Shown here: positions 24,298 to 36,128 of the stretch, in pieces
Layout of the letters: each line of letters starts with the position of its first letter
How positions within the stretch are numbered: position 1 is the first letter of the stretch
DNA from: Blastocladiella emersonii ATCC 22665
Lineage: Eukaryota > Fungi > Blastocladiomycota
Direction of reading: 5' to 3'
Assembly: GCA_025594325.1 (NCBI GenBank)
Contig: JANHCV010000011.1
Location: 1,364,001-1,428,000 of the forward strand
DNA: 64,000 nt
Notes under the pieces: generated by a model
The model's database searches: none
What the model was told of the DNA's origin: nothing
What the model saw: the letters and a program-made list of their open reading frames with translations, nothing else
Made by a program: the position numbers and the translations under genes

Positions 24298-27198
24298 ATG
24301 TATTCTGCCGTGCTGCGAGTCTCGCGGCAACCGCTCCGCCTGTCGAGGCACCATGTCCTCCGACACGGAGCGCCCGTGCGCGGCCTCGCCTCGTCCACCG
24401 CCGTGCTCCGTAAGGCGGCCAAGGACGAGTCGTCGCTCGATGACCATGAATTGACGCCGGAGGGGTCAACTTCTTTAAACCCCACCGGGAAGGTTGTCCG
24501 CAACCGGAATCACCTCGACGCCCTGCTCCGCCAGGTGAGAGAGTCGCGCGAGGCCACGGCCGGTGCCCCCGCGGACCACCCGGACGTTGCCGCCGCGTCC
24601 GACGACTTGCTAGGCCGTCGCCCGCGCCGCCGCAACCCGCGTCCGACAACTGCTGCCGCCGAGTTTATCCGCAACGACGATGACGATTTCCTCCGCGACC
24701 CGCGGAGCGTCGTTGGCCCTCTGGTCCGCGATGCATTCAACCCGCCCAAAGCTCGCCCGTTGTCGATGCACGAGCTCCTCTCGCAGTGGAAGCGTGACGA
24801 GGATATCATCGCCAAGGCCGGCGAGGTCGGGCTCACGCCCAAGGCCGCCAACAACGTGTTTGCCCAGTTCGTGTCGCGCGTCCAGCGCCAGTCGATGGTC
24901 AAGGCGCGCACGCACGCCGAGGATCTGCCGCGTACGCTCTTGGTTTGGCTCGAGAGCGCAAACGGCCGCACTGACGAGAAGTTGCGGTTCTAGGCGTCTA
25001 CTCGGAGCTCACGGCGGCGTGGATCGATTTCATGCAGCAGCTCGTGCCAAAGGACCAGCTCAAGACCTTCAACGCCCTGTGCAACACGAGCGACATGCGG
25101 TCACCGCCCGAGTGGTACCCGGCTGCGCGGCTCATGAAGCGGTACACTCGCTGCTCTACTTGCGACCCGTAACGCACTCTCTGACTCTTACCCCACGATT
25201 GTAGCGAGATCATCATGCACGTCGGCCCGACCAACTCGGGCAAGACGTACATGGCGCTTCAGGAGCTCGAGACTGCGCCCTACGGCGTGTACTGCGGGTA
25301 CGCCTCTCCCCACTTGCACACCGAACCAGCACTAACCGCCCATGCTAGCCCGCTTCGCCTCCTCGCGTACGAGGTGTGGGACAAGTTCAAGACGCGCGAC
25401 GTGGCGTGCAACCTGATCACGGGCGAGGAGCGGCGGTACACACCGGGCGCGCGCGTGACCTCGTGCACGGTCGAGATGGTGGACATGACGCGCGACTTTG
25501 ACGTGGCCGTCATCGACGAGATCCAGGTGATTGGCGACCCGCAGCGCGGGTGGGCGTGGACGCAGGCCGTGCTGGGCCTCCGCGCGCGCAAAATCTACCT
25601 GTGCGGCGAGGCGAGCGCGGTCCCGCTTGTGCAGAAGCTGTGCGAGGCGACGGGCGACACGCTGACGGTGCGCCATTTCGAGCGGCTCAGCCCGCTCGAG
25701 GTCGCGCGCGCGGCCCCCGAACACGGGCTCGCGAGTGCGAAAAAGGGCGACTGCGTCGTCGCCTTCTCCCGCCGCGACGTGTTCCTGCGCAAGCGCCAGA
25801 TCGAGGTCGAGACGGGACGTAAGTGCGCCGTCGTCTACGGCGCGCTCCCGCCCGAGACGCGGGCCGAGCAGGCGCGACTGTTCAACGACCCCGACTCGGG
25901 ATACGACGTGCTTGTCGCGACCGATGCGGTCGGCATGGGACTCAACCTGTACGTTTTGGCGAGGTATCTTGAGACGCGAGAGCGCCAAACTCACCTGGGC
26001 GGCGTGTAGCTCCATCAACCGCATCATCTTCACGGCCGTCGACAAGTTCAATGGCAAGAACCGCGAGCAGCTGTCCGTGTCGATGCTCAAGCAGATCGGC
26101 GGGCGCGCGGGGCGGTTCGGGCAGACCACGTCGACGGGCATTGTGACGGCGCTGCACCCGCGGGACCTGCGCGTCGTCCGCACCAAGATGACGCAGGACC
26201 CGCCTGCCGTGGTGTCGGCGGGCCTGCAGCCGACGGTCGAGATGATCGAGGCGTTTGCGTCGCAGCTGCCCAACGACACGCTGTCGTCGCTGCTCGGCAA
26301 GTTTGCGGCGCTCGCGCGCATCAACCACGAGACGTATTTCCTGTGCAACCTCGAGGACCTGCGCACCATCGCCGAGCACCTCGGGCCCATCGACATGACC
26401 ATGCGCGACCGGTACCTGTTCTCGCTCGCGCCCGTCGCCACGCGCAACGAGAAGACCATGAAGGCGCTGTACGCCATCGCGGCCAGCTACGCCGCCGGCA
26501 AGTCGTTCCCGCTCCTCGCCATGCTCTCGGACCGCCACCTCAGCACGCTCTGGGGGCCCGGGTTCGCCCACGGCGTCTTCACCCAGTATATCGCCAACCG
26601 CAAGCTCATCTCGTTCGCCGACCTCATGGCCGCGCGCGACGCCGCCATGGACGCCGCCGACCCAGTCTCCGCCGCCGCGGCCGCGGCCCCCGCCGCGCCC
26701 GTGCTCGACGTGACCAGCTCAGTTCTCGCGACCCGCGACGACATCGCGGCGACAGCATCCGCCGAGGAAGCCGAGTGGCACGCGGAAGCCGCGCGGCGCG
26801 TCCCGCTGTTCACGACGCCCAAGACGCACGAGGCGCTCGACCACCTCGAGCAGATGCACAAGGCGATCATGGCGTACCTGTGGCTGCGGCAGCGGTTCCT
26901 CGGGCACGCCGCGTTTGCTGACGCGTCGACCGAGGAGTGCACCACGGTCCTGCGCGAGTGCGAGGCCGCGATCACGGACGGGCTCCGGTTCCTCAGCGAG
27001 ATGCAGGTCGCGGCCATGACCGAGGGCAAGGACGTGGTGCCTGGCCGACGCGTCCCCGGCGAGCATCCTGGGCTCCATGTCGAGCGCCGGAACCGCAAGC
27101 AGCCGCAGCTCGGCGCGTGGGACGCGGAGAAGTGGGGCGCTAGCGTTGGCGTTGGCGGCGGGATCGGCGCGGCTGACAGCAAGTTGTGGAGTGAATGA
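24298..27198 (+). CDS. SUV3: Mitochondrial ATP-dependent RNA helicase SUV3, multi-intron
   Basis: Arg-rich presequence; EWYPAARLMKR, MHVGPTNSGKTY, PLRLLAYEV, SCTVEM, VIDEIQ..DPQRGWAWT, GDCVVAFSR, YGALPPETR, ATDAVGMGLNL, KQIGGRAGR. Confidence 0.92.
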
Positions 27199-27224
27199 GT
27201 GCCATGTAGCTTCTATCTGAATAA

Positions 27225-27260
27225 GGGCCCGTTTGGTTCCGGGGTGAATCAGGTGGATCA
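27225..27260 (+). repeat. Left TIR plus subterminal inverted motif ATCAGGTGGATCA
   Basis: 15-bp TIR, then ATCAGGTGGATCA at 27248-27260, whose reverse complement occurs at 30438-30450. Confidence 0.9.
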
Positions 27261-27494
27261 ATCGATTTTACACGGTCCGGTGTTCACCCAGCTGAAACGT
27301 GGCATTTTCACCCCGTCGTGTTCATCGCGGCGTTTGGTTCAACCCCCGGGTGAGCTGAATGGAACCCTCGTCGCTGAATCGCCCGTCTGCTCGCCCCCGA
27401 AACCTTCAGGCTGTGCTCCCCGGCCTATATAAACGCCGTTTTCCTCCAAAGTAACTCGCTCTCTCTCCCCCGTCCTCCCTCAAAGCCGAAAAGA

Positions 27495-28624
27495 ATGGCT
27501 CCCCCGTCAAGCAAAAAGCGCGCTGGCCGTACGGCCATGTCCATCGAGGAGATCGTCAAGAACGTGCCCGAAATCCCGCCGCCGCCCGCCGATAGCGACG
27601 AGGATGCAGATGACGACGCTGCTGGGAGCGACGGCAACGCTGCTGTCACGCCGACCAACCCGCTGCCGCCCGTGACCATCGCCAAGCCAAGCAAGCGCAA
27701 GGCCAGTGGCAGCAAGGCCAGCAGCGGCAAGGCCAGCGGCGGCAAGGCCACCTTCTGCTCCGCGTCGACCAACTTCCTCCTCGACCACTTCTGCAACCTC
27801 GCTGACGACGGCGTGCTCGGCGACAGCAACACGCTCAAGGCCCAGCACCGTGTGTCGATTGCCCAGGCCCTGTCGGACGAGTTCAACATGCAGTTTACGG
27901 CGGAGCAGGTCAAGAACCGCGTGACATACGTACGCTTTGTCTTGCGGACACGCGTCAACCGTAGCGCTAACAACGTCAGCGTTCGGCTCCAGCTTCGCAC
28001 TTGTTTTCGCGCCGTAAAACGGCTTCTGTCGTACTCGGGCAACGGCTGCACCTGGAATGAGGGTGAGTGCACGGTCGACGTGCCAGAGGAGTTCTGGAAC
28101 GATCTCTCGGTACGTTTGTTCAATATCGTTACGCGTCAACTCGCGGCGAGCTAACAGCGCCTGGCCTGCTTCAATTGTAGGCAGAGCTCAAGGAGGAGCT
28201 GACTGCGGGCTGCAAGCCCTTCCCGTACTACAAGAAGGCCAACATGCTGTGGGGCAGCTCGACCGCCACCGGCAAGTACTCGCACCTCGAGCAGGACGGC
28301 AAGGAGTCTGGTGACGTGGAAGGTGTTGATGGTCAAGACGACGCGGCCCCCGCCAGCAAGCGCAGCCGCACTTCGGACAGCAGCTCGCGTCGCCTCTCGG
28401 ACTCGGAATTCCTCATGGGCATCAAGGAGGTGTTCCAGAGCGTCGCGACCGCCGACTCCAAGCCCGTCCTGACCGCCGCACTTGAATGGGTCCAGGACGC
28501 GTACAATGACAATGAAGAGTACCAGATCGACGTCGCCACCCGCCTGACCGAGGATCAAGCGCTTCGCGTCATGGCCGTGTCCGAATCGAAGCGCAAGCGC
28601 GTCCTCGAGTTTTTCATTCAGTAG
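27495..28624 (+). CDS. Harbinger ORF1, Myb/SANT-like DNA-binding protein; introns 27930-27992 and 28110-28180
   Basis: FTAEQVKNRVTY|LRTCFRAVKRLLSYSGNGCTWNE..VDVPEEFW..|..PFPYYKKANMLWGSSTATG fits the Myb_DNA-bind_3-type proteins of PIF/Harbinger elements. Confidence 0.82.
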
Positions 28625-28790
28625 CTCTCTCGCACATGTCCCCCTCCCCTCGCGTTGCTTCCTGGCCTTGTTCTCGCCCATTTGTGTCCAATACATCTGG
28701 CTTTGTGTCCATCGTATCTTCAATCGTTACCCTTGGCTCGAAAATGACGCGACTCGTTGAGAAACGCGTGGTTCGCAAAGTGTCTCACAC

Positions 28791-28815
28791 GTCACGTGAT
28801 TGATCGACGCGTCTC
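28791..28815. promoter_or_regulatory. Repeated non-coding element, copy 2 (inside the Harbinger, between the two ORFs)
   Basis: GTCACGTGATTGATCGACGCGTCTC. Confidence 0.5.
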
Positions 28816-28937
28816 CACCGATGCGTTCTGACCTCAGCGACGCGTCAAATCATCTAGAATCGCTTATATAACATTATAGTACTTGACAAATCAGTATATT
28901 ACAGCATGCATGCGGGTACAACAATTATTTCGCGCCT

Positions 28938-30255
28938 TCAAAGATGGGTCCCACGAGCGGCCATGACGCGCCTGTACTCGGTCCAAAGAACATTTGCGAT
29001 GCGGTTCCGAAGCGAGATACCGCGCTGACGAGCTCCGTCCAGCGAGGCCTCGAGGACAGCGGCCTCGTCGTCCTCCTCGTTCTCGTCGTTCAGGGGCTCG
29101 CGCCCACGCACACGCGCCTCACGCGCCGCGTCCCGCGCGCGCCGGAGCTCCGTCTCGGCGTCGCGAAAGAAGGCGTCGCCTCCTTGGTTCCACCTGTTGA
29201 TCATGTTGTGCAGCGTGCAGAGCGCGTACACAAGCTTGACTTGAGTCTTGATTGGGTAGGTCGCGCCAATCGAGAGGACGCGGAACCGCTTCTTGAGCAC
29301 GCCAAAGATATGCTCAATGGAGTTGCGGAGCGACGCGTGACGCAGATTGAAAAGCTCTTCGCGGTTCTTAACTCTACGTACGTTGGTGAAGCAGATGAGA
29401 TGGCGCCAACGTGATGGTCATGGCAGTGAGAACGTACCCATCCTTGCCGCGGGCAAACTCGCGAAGATGATAGCGGGTACCGCTGAAGGGCACGATGATG
29501 GACGTGCGGTTTGCGTAGCCGCCGTCGGCGAGGTAGAAGCGGCCGGCGGGGATCTTGAACCCACGGGCGAAGGCGTCCGAGAGCACGCGCGAGTCGTGCG
29601 CCTTGCCCTCCCACCCTGCGAGAACGTAGGTGAAGTTCAAGTCAAAGTCGCAGGCAGCGAGGACATTTGAGTATATGGTCCCCTTGCGGTTTCGGAACGA
29701 GTCGTGAAGCTTGGCGGGCACAACAAACGGGATGTGCGTTCCGTCAAGCGCGCCGACCGCGTTCTGGAACGGAGCGTATTTCGGGTCGTGGGCGATGCGC
29801 TCATGCACGGGCGTAGAATCGGACGGCTGGACAATGAACTCGGGCATCAGGCGGTACAGAGCGTCGAGCACCTGCTTCAGAACCCTGGACGCGGTCTCGC
29901 CAGAGATTTGGAACCGCTCCCTGAGGTTGCGGTTGGTGCTGCCCTCGCCGGCCATGACAAGAAAAACCATGAAGCGCGCCTCGACGGACAGCTCGCGGCC
30001 GTCGGTGAGAAGGCCACGGTCGCGGAACAGGCGGCAGATGGCCTTGAAGGTCTCGCGGGGCATACGGGCGATTTCCGAAAAACGCGTTTTGCTGTTGCAC
30101 GTCAGCAGCTCTTGAACCCACGACTCGCCAGAAAGCGTGGACGTGCGGATAGGCTCCCACGAGCGGCGCTCGTTGCGCGCAGCGAGACGTCGCAGGAGAG
30201 CGAGGGCGGCCGTGAGCATGAGGCCGCGCAGCTTGCGGTTGTATCCCTTGCCCAT
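28938..30255 (-). CDS. Harbinger DDE transposase (DDE_Tnp_4/HARBI1-like); intron 29374-29437
   Basis: FSEIARMPRETFKAIC, ERFQISGETASR, GALDGTHI, NVLAACDFDLNFTYVLAGWEGKAHDSRVL, YLADGGY, ELFNLRHASLRNSIEHIFGVLKKRFRVL, LCTLHN; D-D-E triad intact. Confidence 0.93.
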
Positions 30256-30437
30256 GTTGTTTGAGGGCTCGAGAACACGATGCGTGAGGTTAGGTGTTGA
30301 TTCGTTGCAATAAGTGCGGCTGCAAAGAGGTGGGAAAGATTTTATTGCGGGGGGGGGGGGTTCATCCAGCGGGGCGTTTGGTTCGCACGGCCGCTGAGAT
30401 GAACGGGGGTGAGGTGAAACGTGGCAACTTTTTCAGC

Positions 30438-30467
30438 TGATCCACCTGATCTGAACCAAACGGACCC
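30438..30467 (-). repeat. Right TIR plus subterminal inverted motif
   Basis: Reverse complement reads GGGTCCGTTTGGTTC-AG-ATCAGGTGGATCA; followed by TAA target duplication. Confidence 0.9.
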
Positions 30468-30532
30468 TAATAATAGACACCTGTAATACTGCTCGGTTGA
30501 CTGGTACAGGTAAGCGTGTGTATATTCGGGGA

Positions 30533-32022
30533 CTAGGGAGGGCTACGCGAGGATGGTGGTGGTGGTGGGGCTGTCGCTGCTGCTGGTGGGGCGGCGGCGG
30601 CGGAGGATGGGGCAGGTATAGACGCTTCGCCGCGAGCTGCATCGCCATTCCCATGCGGTGGCGGCTCGGCGGGCTCCTCGTCGGAGTACACGAGCAGCGC
30701 CGTGGACCCGGACGGCGGCGATCCCTCGGCGACGGCGGCGAGTTCCACGGAGTCGGGCTCGGCGTACATGGGCGGCCAGTCGGCGGGGTCACGGTCGAAC
30801 CCGCACTTTCGGCACGCGGGCGCGTTCCATCGGTTGAGGTAAAAGCAGTGCGCGCACGGCCAGAGCGGGCCGACCCGCGACTCGCCGGTGACGGGGTCGC
30901 CGTCCCAGAGCCCGACGAGGGCGGCGTGGATCCCCGTGAGGTACTGGTCGCGGGTCTGCGGGTTCTGCAGTGCGTGGCGTGCGAGCGCGGCGTGCGCCGT
31001 GGTCGGGATCACGACGTACCGGCGCACGCTGTCGTGGCGCGACGGCAGCGAGCACTTGAAGCACGCGTCGCGCGACGCGTGGTTCAGCACGCGGCAGCAT
31101 GGGCAAACCCAGTCGCCGGTCAGGACGGGCTGCTGGCCCGTCGACTTGGCGTCGAGGAGCGCGGGTTCCAGGGCCGAAGCGGCACGGAGGAGGTCGAATT
31201 CTTCCTCGGTAATCGGCCATGGGGGTAGCGGGTCCGGCTGCTCGGGTGCGGCCGCGTTGGGCGAGGACGTAGGCGGGGCGCAGCAGGAGCAGTTTGGCGG
31301 GTGGTCGTGCGCGGCGATGGGAGTAGACGGCTCGTGCGGAACTGCTACTGCGGCAACCGGTTCCGGGTCGACCGGCCGTGGTGGTGGTCGCGAAGGAAGC
31401 GGCGGCAACGGTGTTGGTGCTACACGCGTTTGCGGGGACTACGTCAGCGTCGTCGGACCCACGGCGTTCGCGGTGACGAAACGTACGAGGTTGCGGCAAC
31501 GGCGCCGTGATGAGGAACAGCACGTCGGCGCCGAGGTACTGCCCGACGCGCGCCTCGTGGACGAGCGGAAAGATGGGCGAGACGCGGATCGGTCGTCGCG
31601 CGGCGGGCGAGGGCGCTGTTCTGCACGAGCGGCACACGGTGCGGTTGGCGAAATTGCTGAAGCTGCAGCTCGGGCACATCCAGTCGCCGTCCTTGACGGC
31701 GCTCCTTGACGACGCGCGCTGCAGGGCCGCGCCGTCCTCGAGGTCGAGCGACGTGGTTGGTGCCTAGGATGGCGTGGAGAGCGTCAACTTTGTGCTCTCT
31801 AATGTCCAGCGAGGGACCAAAGTGTACCCTCACGGTCCCCCTCCTCCGGCGGCTGCTGTGCGCTAGCCGCAGCGCGGGCGCGACGGCGACGGGCGATACA
31901 CGGATCGGATTCATGGTGGTGCCGAGTGGTGGCAGGTGTCGATACATGGTCGTTGTTGCTGGCGGTCGCAGGTGGCGGTGCAGCACGAGTCCCCGCGCGG
32001 GGTGGAGGGCGAGGCGGAGCAT
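30533..32022 (-). CDS. Protein with three RanBP2-type zinc fingers and a putative mitochondrial presequence, 2 introns
   Basis: DGDWMCPSCSFSNFANRTVCRSC, GDWVCPCCRVLNHASRDACFKC, LWPCAHCFYLNRWNAPACRKC; N-terminus MLRLALHPARGLVLHRHLR is Arg/Leu-rich and acid-free. Confidence 0.72.
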
Positions 32023-32466
32023 GCCAAGCGAAGCGATGCCGGAGCCGGTCCGATCTCCGCTCCAGCGCCGTGGTCGTCGAGTCCGTCAGATGCGTCGCCC
32101 GTTGCAGCGGGTCGTAGAGATGCGTTGCTGGCCGTGACGGGTATCCGAGGCGATCTTCGCGGCGGGCACGGCGGGGCTCCGGCGCGGCGGCGGACTGCTC
32201 AAACTGTTGATCACGCCCACGTGCCTCCACCGGTTTTCTCGACGCGCTCCTCGCCTCGCGGCCGTCCTGCGCCTGAATGGACCGGCTGCTGCCTTGAATG
32301 GTTCGCGAGGTCATGTCCAGCCATGCGCCGAGGTCTCTAATCATTCCGCGCGACGAGAGAGGGGAGAGTATTACAATCGCCCACGTGAGGGATCTTCGCA
32401 GTCGAGGCGCGAACCGGCCCACGTCCCGCTTGCGCTCCCACCCCAGTCCCATGCATCTTACCCACC

Positions 32467-33388
32467 ATGAATGACAACGAGTGCGAACTCCCTGCAACCA
32501 CAATGAAACTCATTGACGAGGAGACGTGCCGGAGGGCGCTCGCCGAGATCGACGCCGAGGTCGCCGCCATTCTGCGGATGCAGGACGAGCACATTGCGCA
32601 GATCCGGAGAGGGCACGAGGAGCTCAAGCGCAACCTCCCGCCCAATTTCACTATTGACCAGGTCATGGAGTGGTAGTGCGTGTCGCATCGACCGGGTATC
32701 GCCAAGGCGAGCCATGCTGATCGGTCCTGCACCATGTAGCGAGCGTACGCAGGCTGCCGCTGATGCTGCTTCTGGTAAGAAGGCCGAAGCACCTGTGCCC
32801 GACGACGAGCTCGCGCAGCCGCTTCGGCGCCGCTCGCAGCACATCGAGCCCGCGTTGGAACCTTCGCCGCTTCCACCATCCTCTGCTGCCCTCGTGGCTC
32901 GCCCTTCATCTGCTGCTTCCTCATCCGACGTGCACACGACGCATCGACACGAGCCGCATCCCGCATCCCCGTCGCGCCGCCCGGCCCAGGTCCGCGCGCA
33001 CCCGTACCAGCGCCCGTCCTCGCGCACGACGGTGCAGGTCACGTCGACCTCGGGCGCGCCTTTCTCCTCGTCGTCTCTCGCGCGCGAGCACCGCCGCCTG
33101 ACCCACGCCGCCTCGCGTACGAGCAGCATCGTGGCGGTGCCGACTGGGCCCAACGACCAGCCGATTGACGTGAACGTGCTCGGCCTGCGGCTCGGTGACG
33201 GCCGCATGCTGGACCTGCTGCGCCTTAACGTCCCGGCAACGGCGGCTGATGCGCCCGGTGCGGCGGCCGAGACCGAGGTGGACGGCCTCGCGTCGCTCTC
33301 GGCCGAGGACCGCGCGCACGCCGAGGACTACATTCTCGGGCTCAAGCACCAGATCGACGCGCTCGCGGCAAAGTATCGGTTGCAATGA
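32467..33388 (+). CDS. Hypothetical protein, possibly Borealin/Nbl1-like, 1 intron
   Basis: N-terminal helix LAEIDAEVAAILRMQDEHIAQIRRGHEELKRNLP, disordered middle, C-terminal LGLRLGDGRMLDL..DGLASLSAEDRAHAEDYILGL; resemblance to Borealin is from memory only. Confidence 0.4.
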
Positions 33389-33417
33389 ATGGATGGATGC
33401 ATAACTTACTCTTTGCT

Positions 33418-35599
33418 CTATTTTTGCGGGTGCGGCGGCCCGCCTCCCCCTCCCGCCGCGGCTCCGCCTCCGCCTGGCGCGTGCCCGTGCCGCTGCACAA
33501 ACTGCATGTAGTACGAGCTCTTGGCCGCGCGCGCCGCGGGGCCCGTCACGACCACGGGGAGCGGCACCGCCTGCGCGTGCGGTTGCGCGTACACGGTACC
33601 CGGCGGCGGGATCCCCGACGCGAACCCGAGCGCCGACGCGCCGTACCGCGGGTCGACGCCGACCGCCGGGTACGTGGTCTGCGGCCGCGGCGGCATGTGC
33701 GCGAGGAGGTCCTCGGGCCGCGCCGACGGCCGCTCGAACATGGTCGCGGGCCGCGGTGGCTGCTGCGGTGGCGCGGGCGAGGTCCGGCCGACCGGCTGCA
33801 CCGGGCCGGCGATCGGCGGGAGCGTCGGGTACAGCGCCGTGACCATGTTAGCGGGGACAAGGACGAACGGCATGCCGAGCAGCGGTACGGGCATCGACAC
33901 CGGTGATCCGCCGCCGAGCGGCGAGCCCATGGCGGGCGACGGCGCGTACATCGGCGGCGCCGCCTGGAAGTGCGGCGAGACGGGCGACATGGATCCGGCG
34001 CTCGCATTCGCGCACGACGAGGACAGCGTCTCGTCCTCGGGAATGTAGTCCGTCAGGCGCGTCGGCGACGGGAGCGGCGGGATCCGCGCGTAGCCCTTGG
34101 GCCCCGTCGAGTCGCCCGAAAAGGACACGCGTTTCTTGAGGATCGACTTGAGCGGCTGGCCCGACGGCGTCATGAGCGGCGGCGGTTGCGTTGGGGATGT
34201 CGGCTCGCTGTTGCTGCTGTGCATTGGCGGGCGCGGCGGTCGGTCGGGGCTCAGCGAGCGCGCGTACCGCGGTGCTGCTGGAGAGTCGAGGGGCGGGAGC
34301 GGTGAGGTCGACGTCGGTTGCCAGTCGTTGGTGTTGCTGTCCTCGTAGTCGTCGTACTCGGACTCGCCGTCTTGATCGGGATACGTACGCTGCTGCTGTT
34401 GCTGGCCGTCGTAGTCGTAGTCTGGCCGGTCGCGCGGGCTCCTGCTACGGCTCGACCGCCGCGGCGCGCGCGGGACCGCGGCCTTGGGCTTCGGCGGGAG
34501 CGGCGGGATCGCGGCCACGACGCGCTCGTCGATCAGGCTCATGCGTGACTCGAACTGCGGGTCGCGCAGCTCCGTGACCTTGGGCGAAAAGTTCCAGTCC
34601 GAGGTCTGCACGAAGGTGACGGACGAGCGGCGGCTGCGGCGGCCGCGCGACGAGCCGGACTCGGAGAGCGGATCCTCGTCGTCCCCGCCGCCATCGGGCG
34701 TGAGCGACGGGTCGATGCGCAGGTCGACGTCGGAGGGCGAGCGGCCGGTCGTGTCGTCGGGATCCGTGTCAGCGGTATGAATTTCGGGCGTGGGCTCTGC
34801 CCGTCGCACATGTGGTGCAGGCGGTGGCGAGTGTCGCGCCGTGGCGATGGGTGCGGGCGGCGGAGGCCGAGGTCGTGGCGAAGGTTCTGGCGGAACGACT
34901 GCATCTCGAGGTCGCGGCTCAGTTCCTGCTGGCTCGACGGGCGGGGGCGGATCTGGCGAGTCGCGCCTACTACGCGCGAAGGTCAGCGACGGTCGCTTTT
35001 GCAAGTGTCGGTCAAAAGTACTTCGTTTCTGGCTCGACTGGCGAGTCGTCGGAGCTCTCGCCCACCTCGACGGCATGTTCAGCTGCAGGCGGTTCGGGTA
35101 CGACTGGTTCCACCTTAGGTTCAGGCGCGGGCGTCGGCGGTTTGGGGGTCGGTGGTTTCGGCTTTGGCGCGCTCAGGATGACCCATGCTGCGTCGATGAT
35201 AGACTCGACAATCGGACGGACCTCCTCGGCGAGCTCATCGCGGTGCTCCTCGTCGGTCGGCACGGCATCGACGCAGAACAAGTGCAGGTGCGCCCGCTCG
35301 CGCTCGTGCACGAGATCGACGGCGGTGAGCCAGTCCGCCTGGGTGCGGAGCGGAACGCGGACCTCGTCGCCGAGGTACTCGAGCGAGAAAAATGGCGGCG
35401 CTCCACCCGCAGAGTCTTCGGCAGCGAAGAGCGACTGCAGCTGCCGCCGAATCGCGGGGAGGTGCCCGTGCCGCGGGTGGTCGACCTTGAGCGACTTGGT
35501 CTTCTGGTTGTAGAAGGCGCGGATCCAGATGGGCGAGTCCGTGTGCGCCGGAGCCTCGTGCGTGGTGGTGGCGATCATGGTAGCGGGCGGTGGTTGCAT
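33418..35599 (-). CDS. PB1-like domain protein with long Pro-rich tail and SILK/RVxF motifs, 1 phase-2 intron near 34970-35020
   Basis: IRAFYNQKTKSLKV..IRRQLQSLF..FSLEYLGDEVRVPLRTQADWLTAVDL..LHLFC is PB1-like; the tail contains LKSILKKRVSF. Confidence 0.6.
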
Positions 35600-36128
35600 G
35601 GGGAGTGCTTCATGGCGGGCGATCGGCGGCGTTGCATGGCGGCGGCGGTGATCCGGCGTCGACGGTTTCGTGAGCCGAGGACGACGTCGACGTGCACGTG
35701 GTGGCGGAGGTTGCGGAGGCGCGGCGGTGCGAGACGCGTCGGAGGAGGCGTGAGACAGCCACGCGTCTGTCAGGTGATGCCGGCTCACGCGCGCCGCTCA
35801 CGTCGCCTCGCCGCGGCGGTGTGAGCAAACCTTCTCGCGCTTCCCATCGCCGCCCTCCCCTCCCCCGCTCGCGCTCTCGCACCACCGGCATCGGCGCCGC
35901 GAATGTAACCCCATGCATCGCTGTTCTTAGCTCCCCCACCAGCCTGCTGGACCCGCCACCGCACACCGACTGAGCCACGCCCTCCGCCTCGCCTCGCTGC
36001 TGTGCCACCACCGCCGCCGCTGCCGACCCGACCCCCACCGAGACTCGCATGGTCGCACTGCGCGCGGCGTCTCTCGTGTCCATCTCGCTCCCACCACGCC
36101 CACCGCCGTCGCCGCCCCCGGCCGCCGC

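Larger units (their letters stand above)
27225..30467. mobile_element. Full-length PIF/Harbinger DNA transposon (two convergent genes)
   Basis: TIRs GGGCCCGTTTGGTTC (27225-27239) and GAACCAAACGGACCC (30453-30467) match at 14/15; TAA on both flanks (27222-27224, 30468-30470); internal Myb/SANT-like ORF and DDE transposase. Confidence 0.93.

Noticed and set aside
30349-30360. G12 homopolymer near the right transposon end
   Set aside because: Simple run with no evidence of function.
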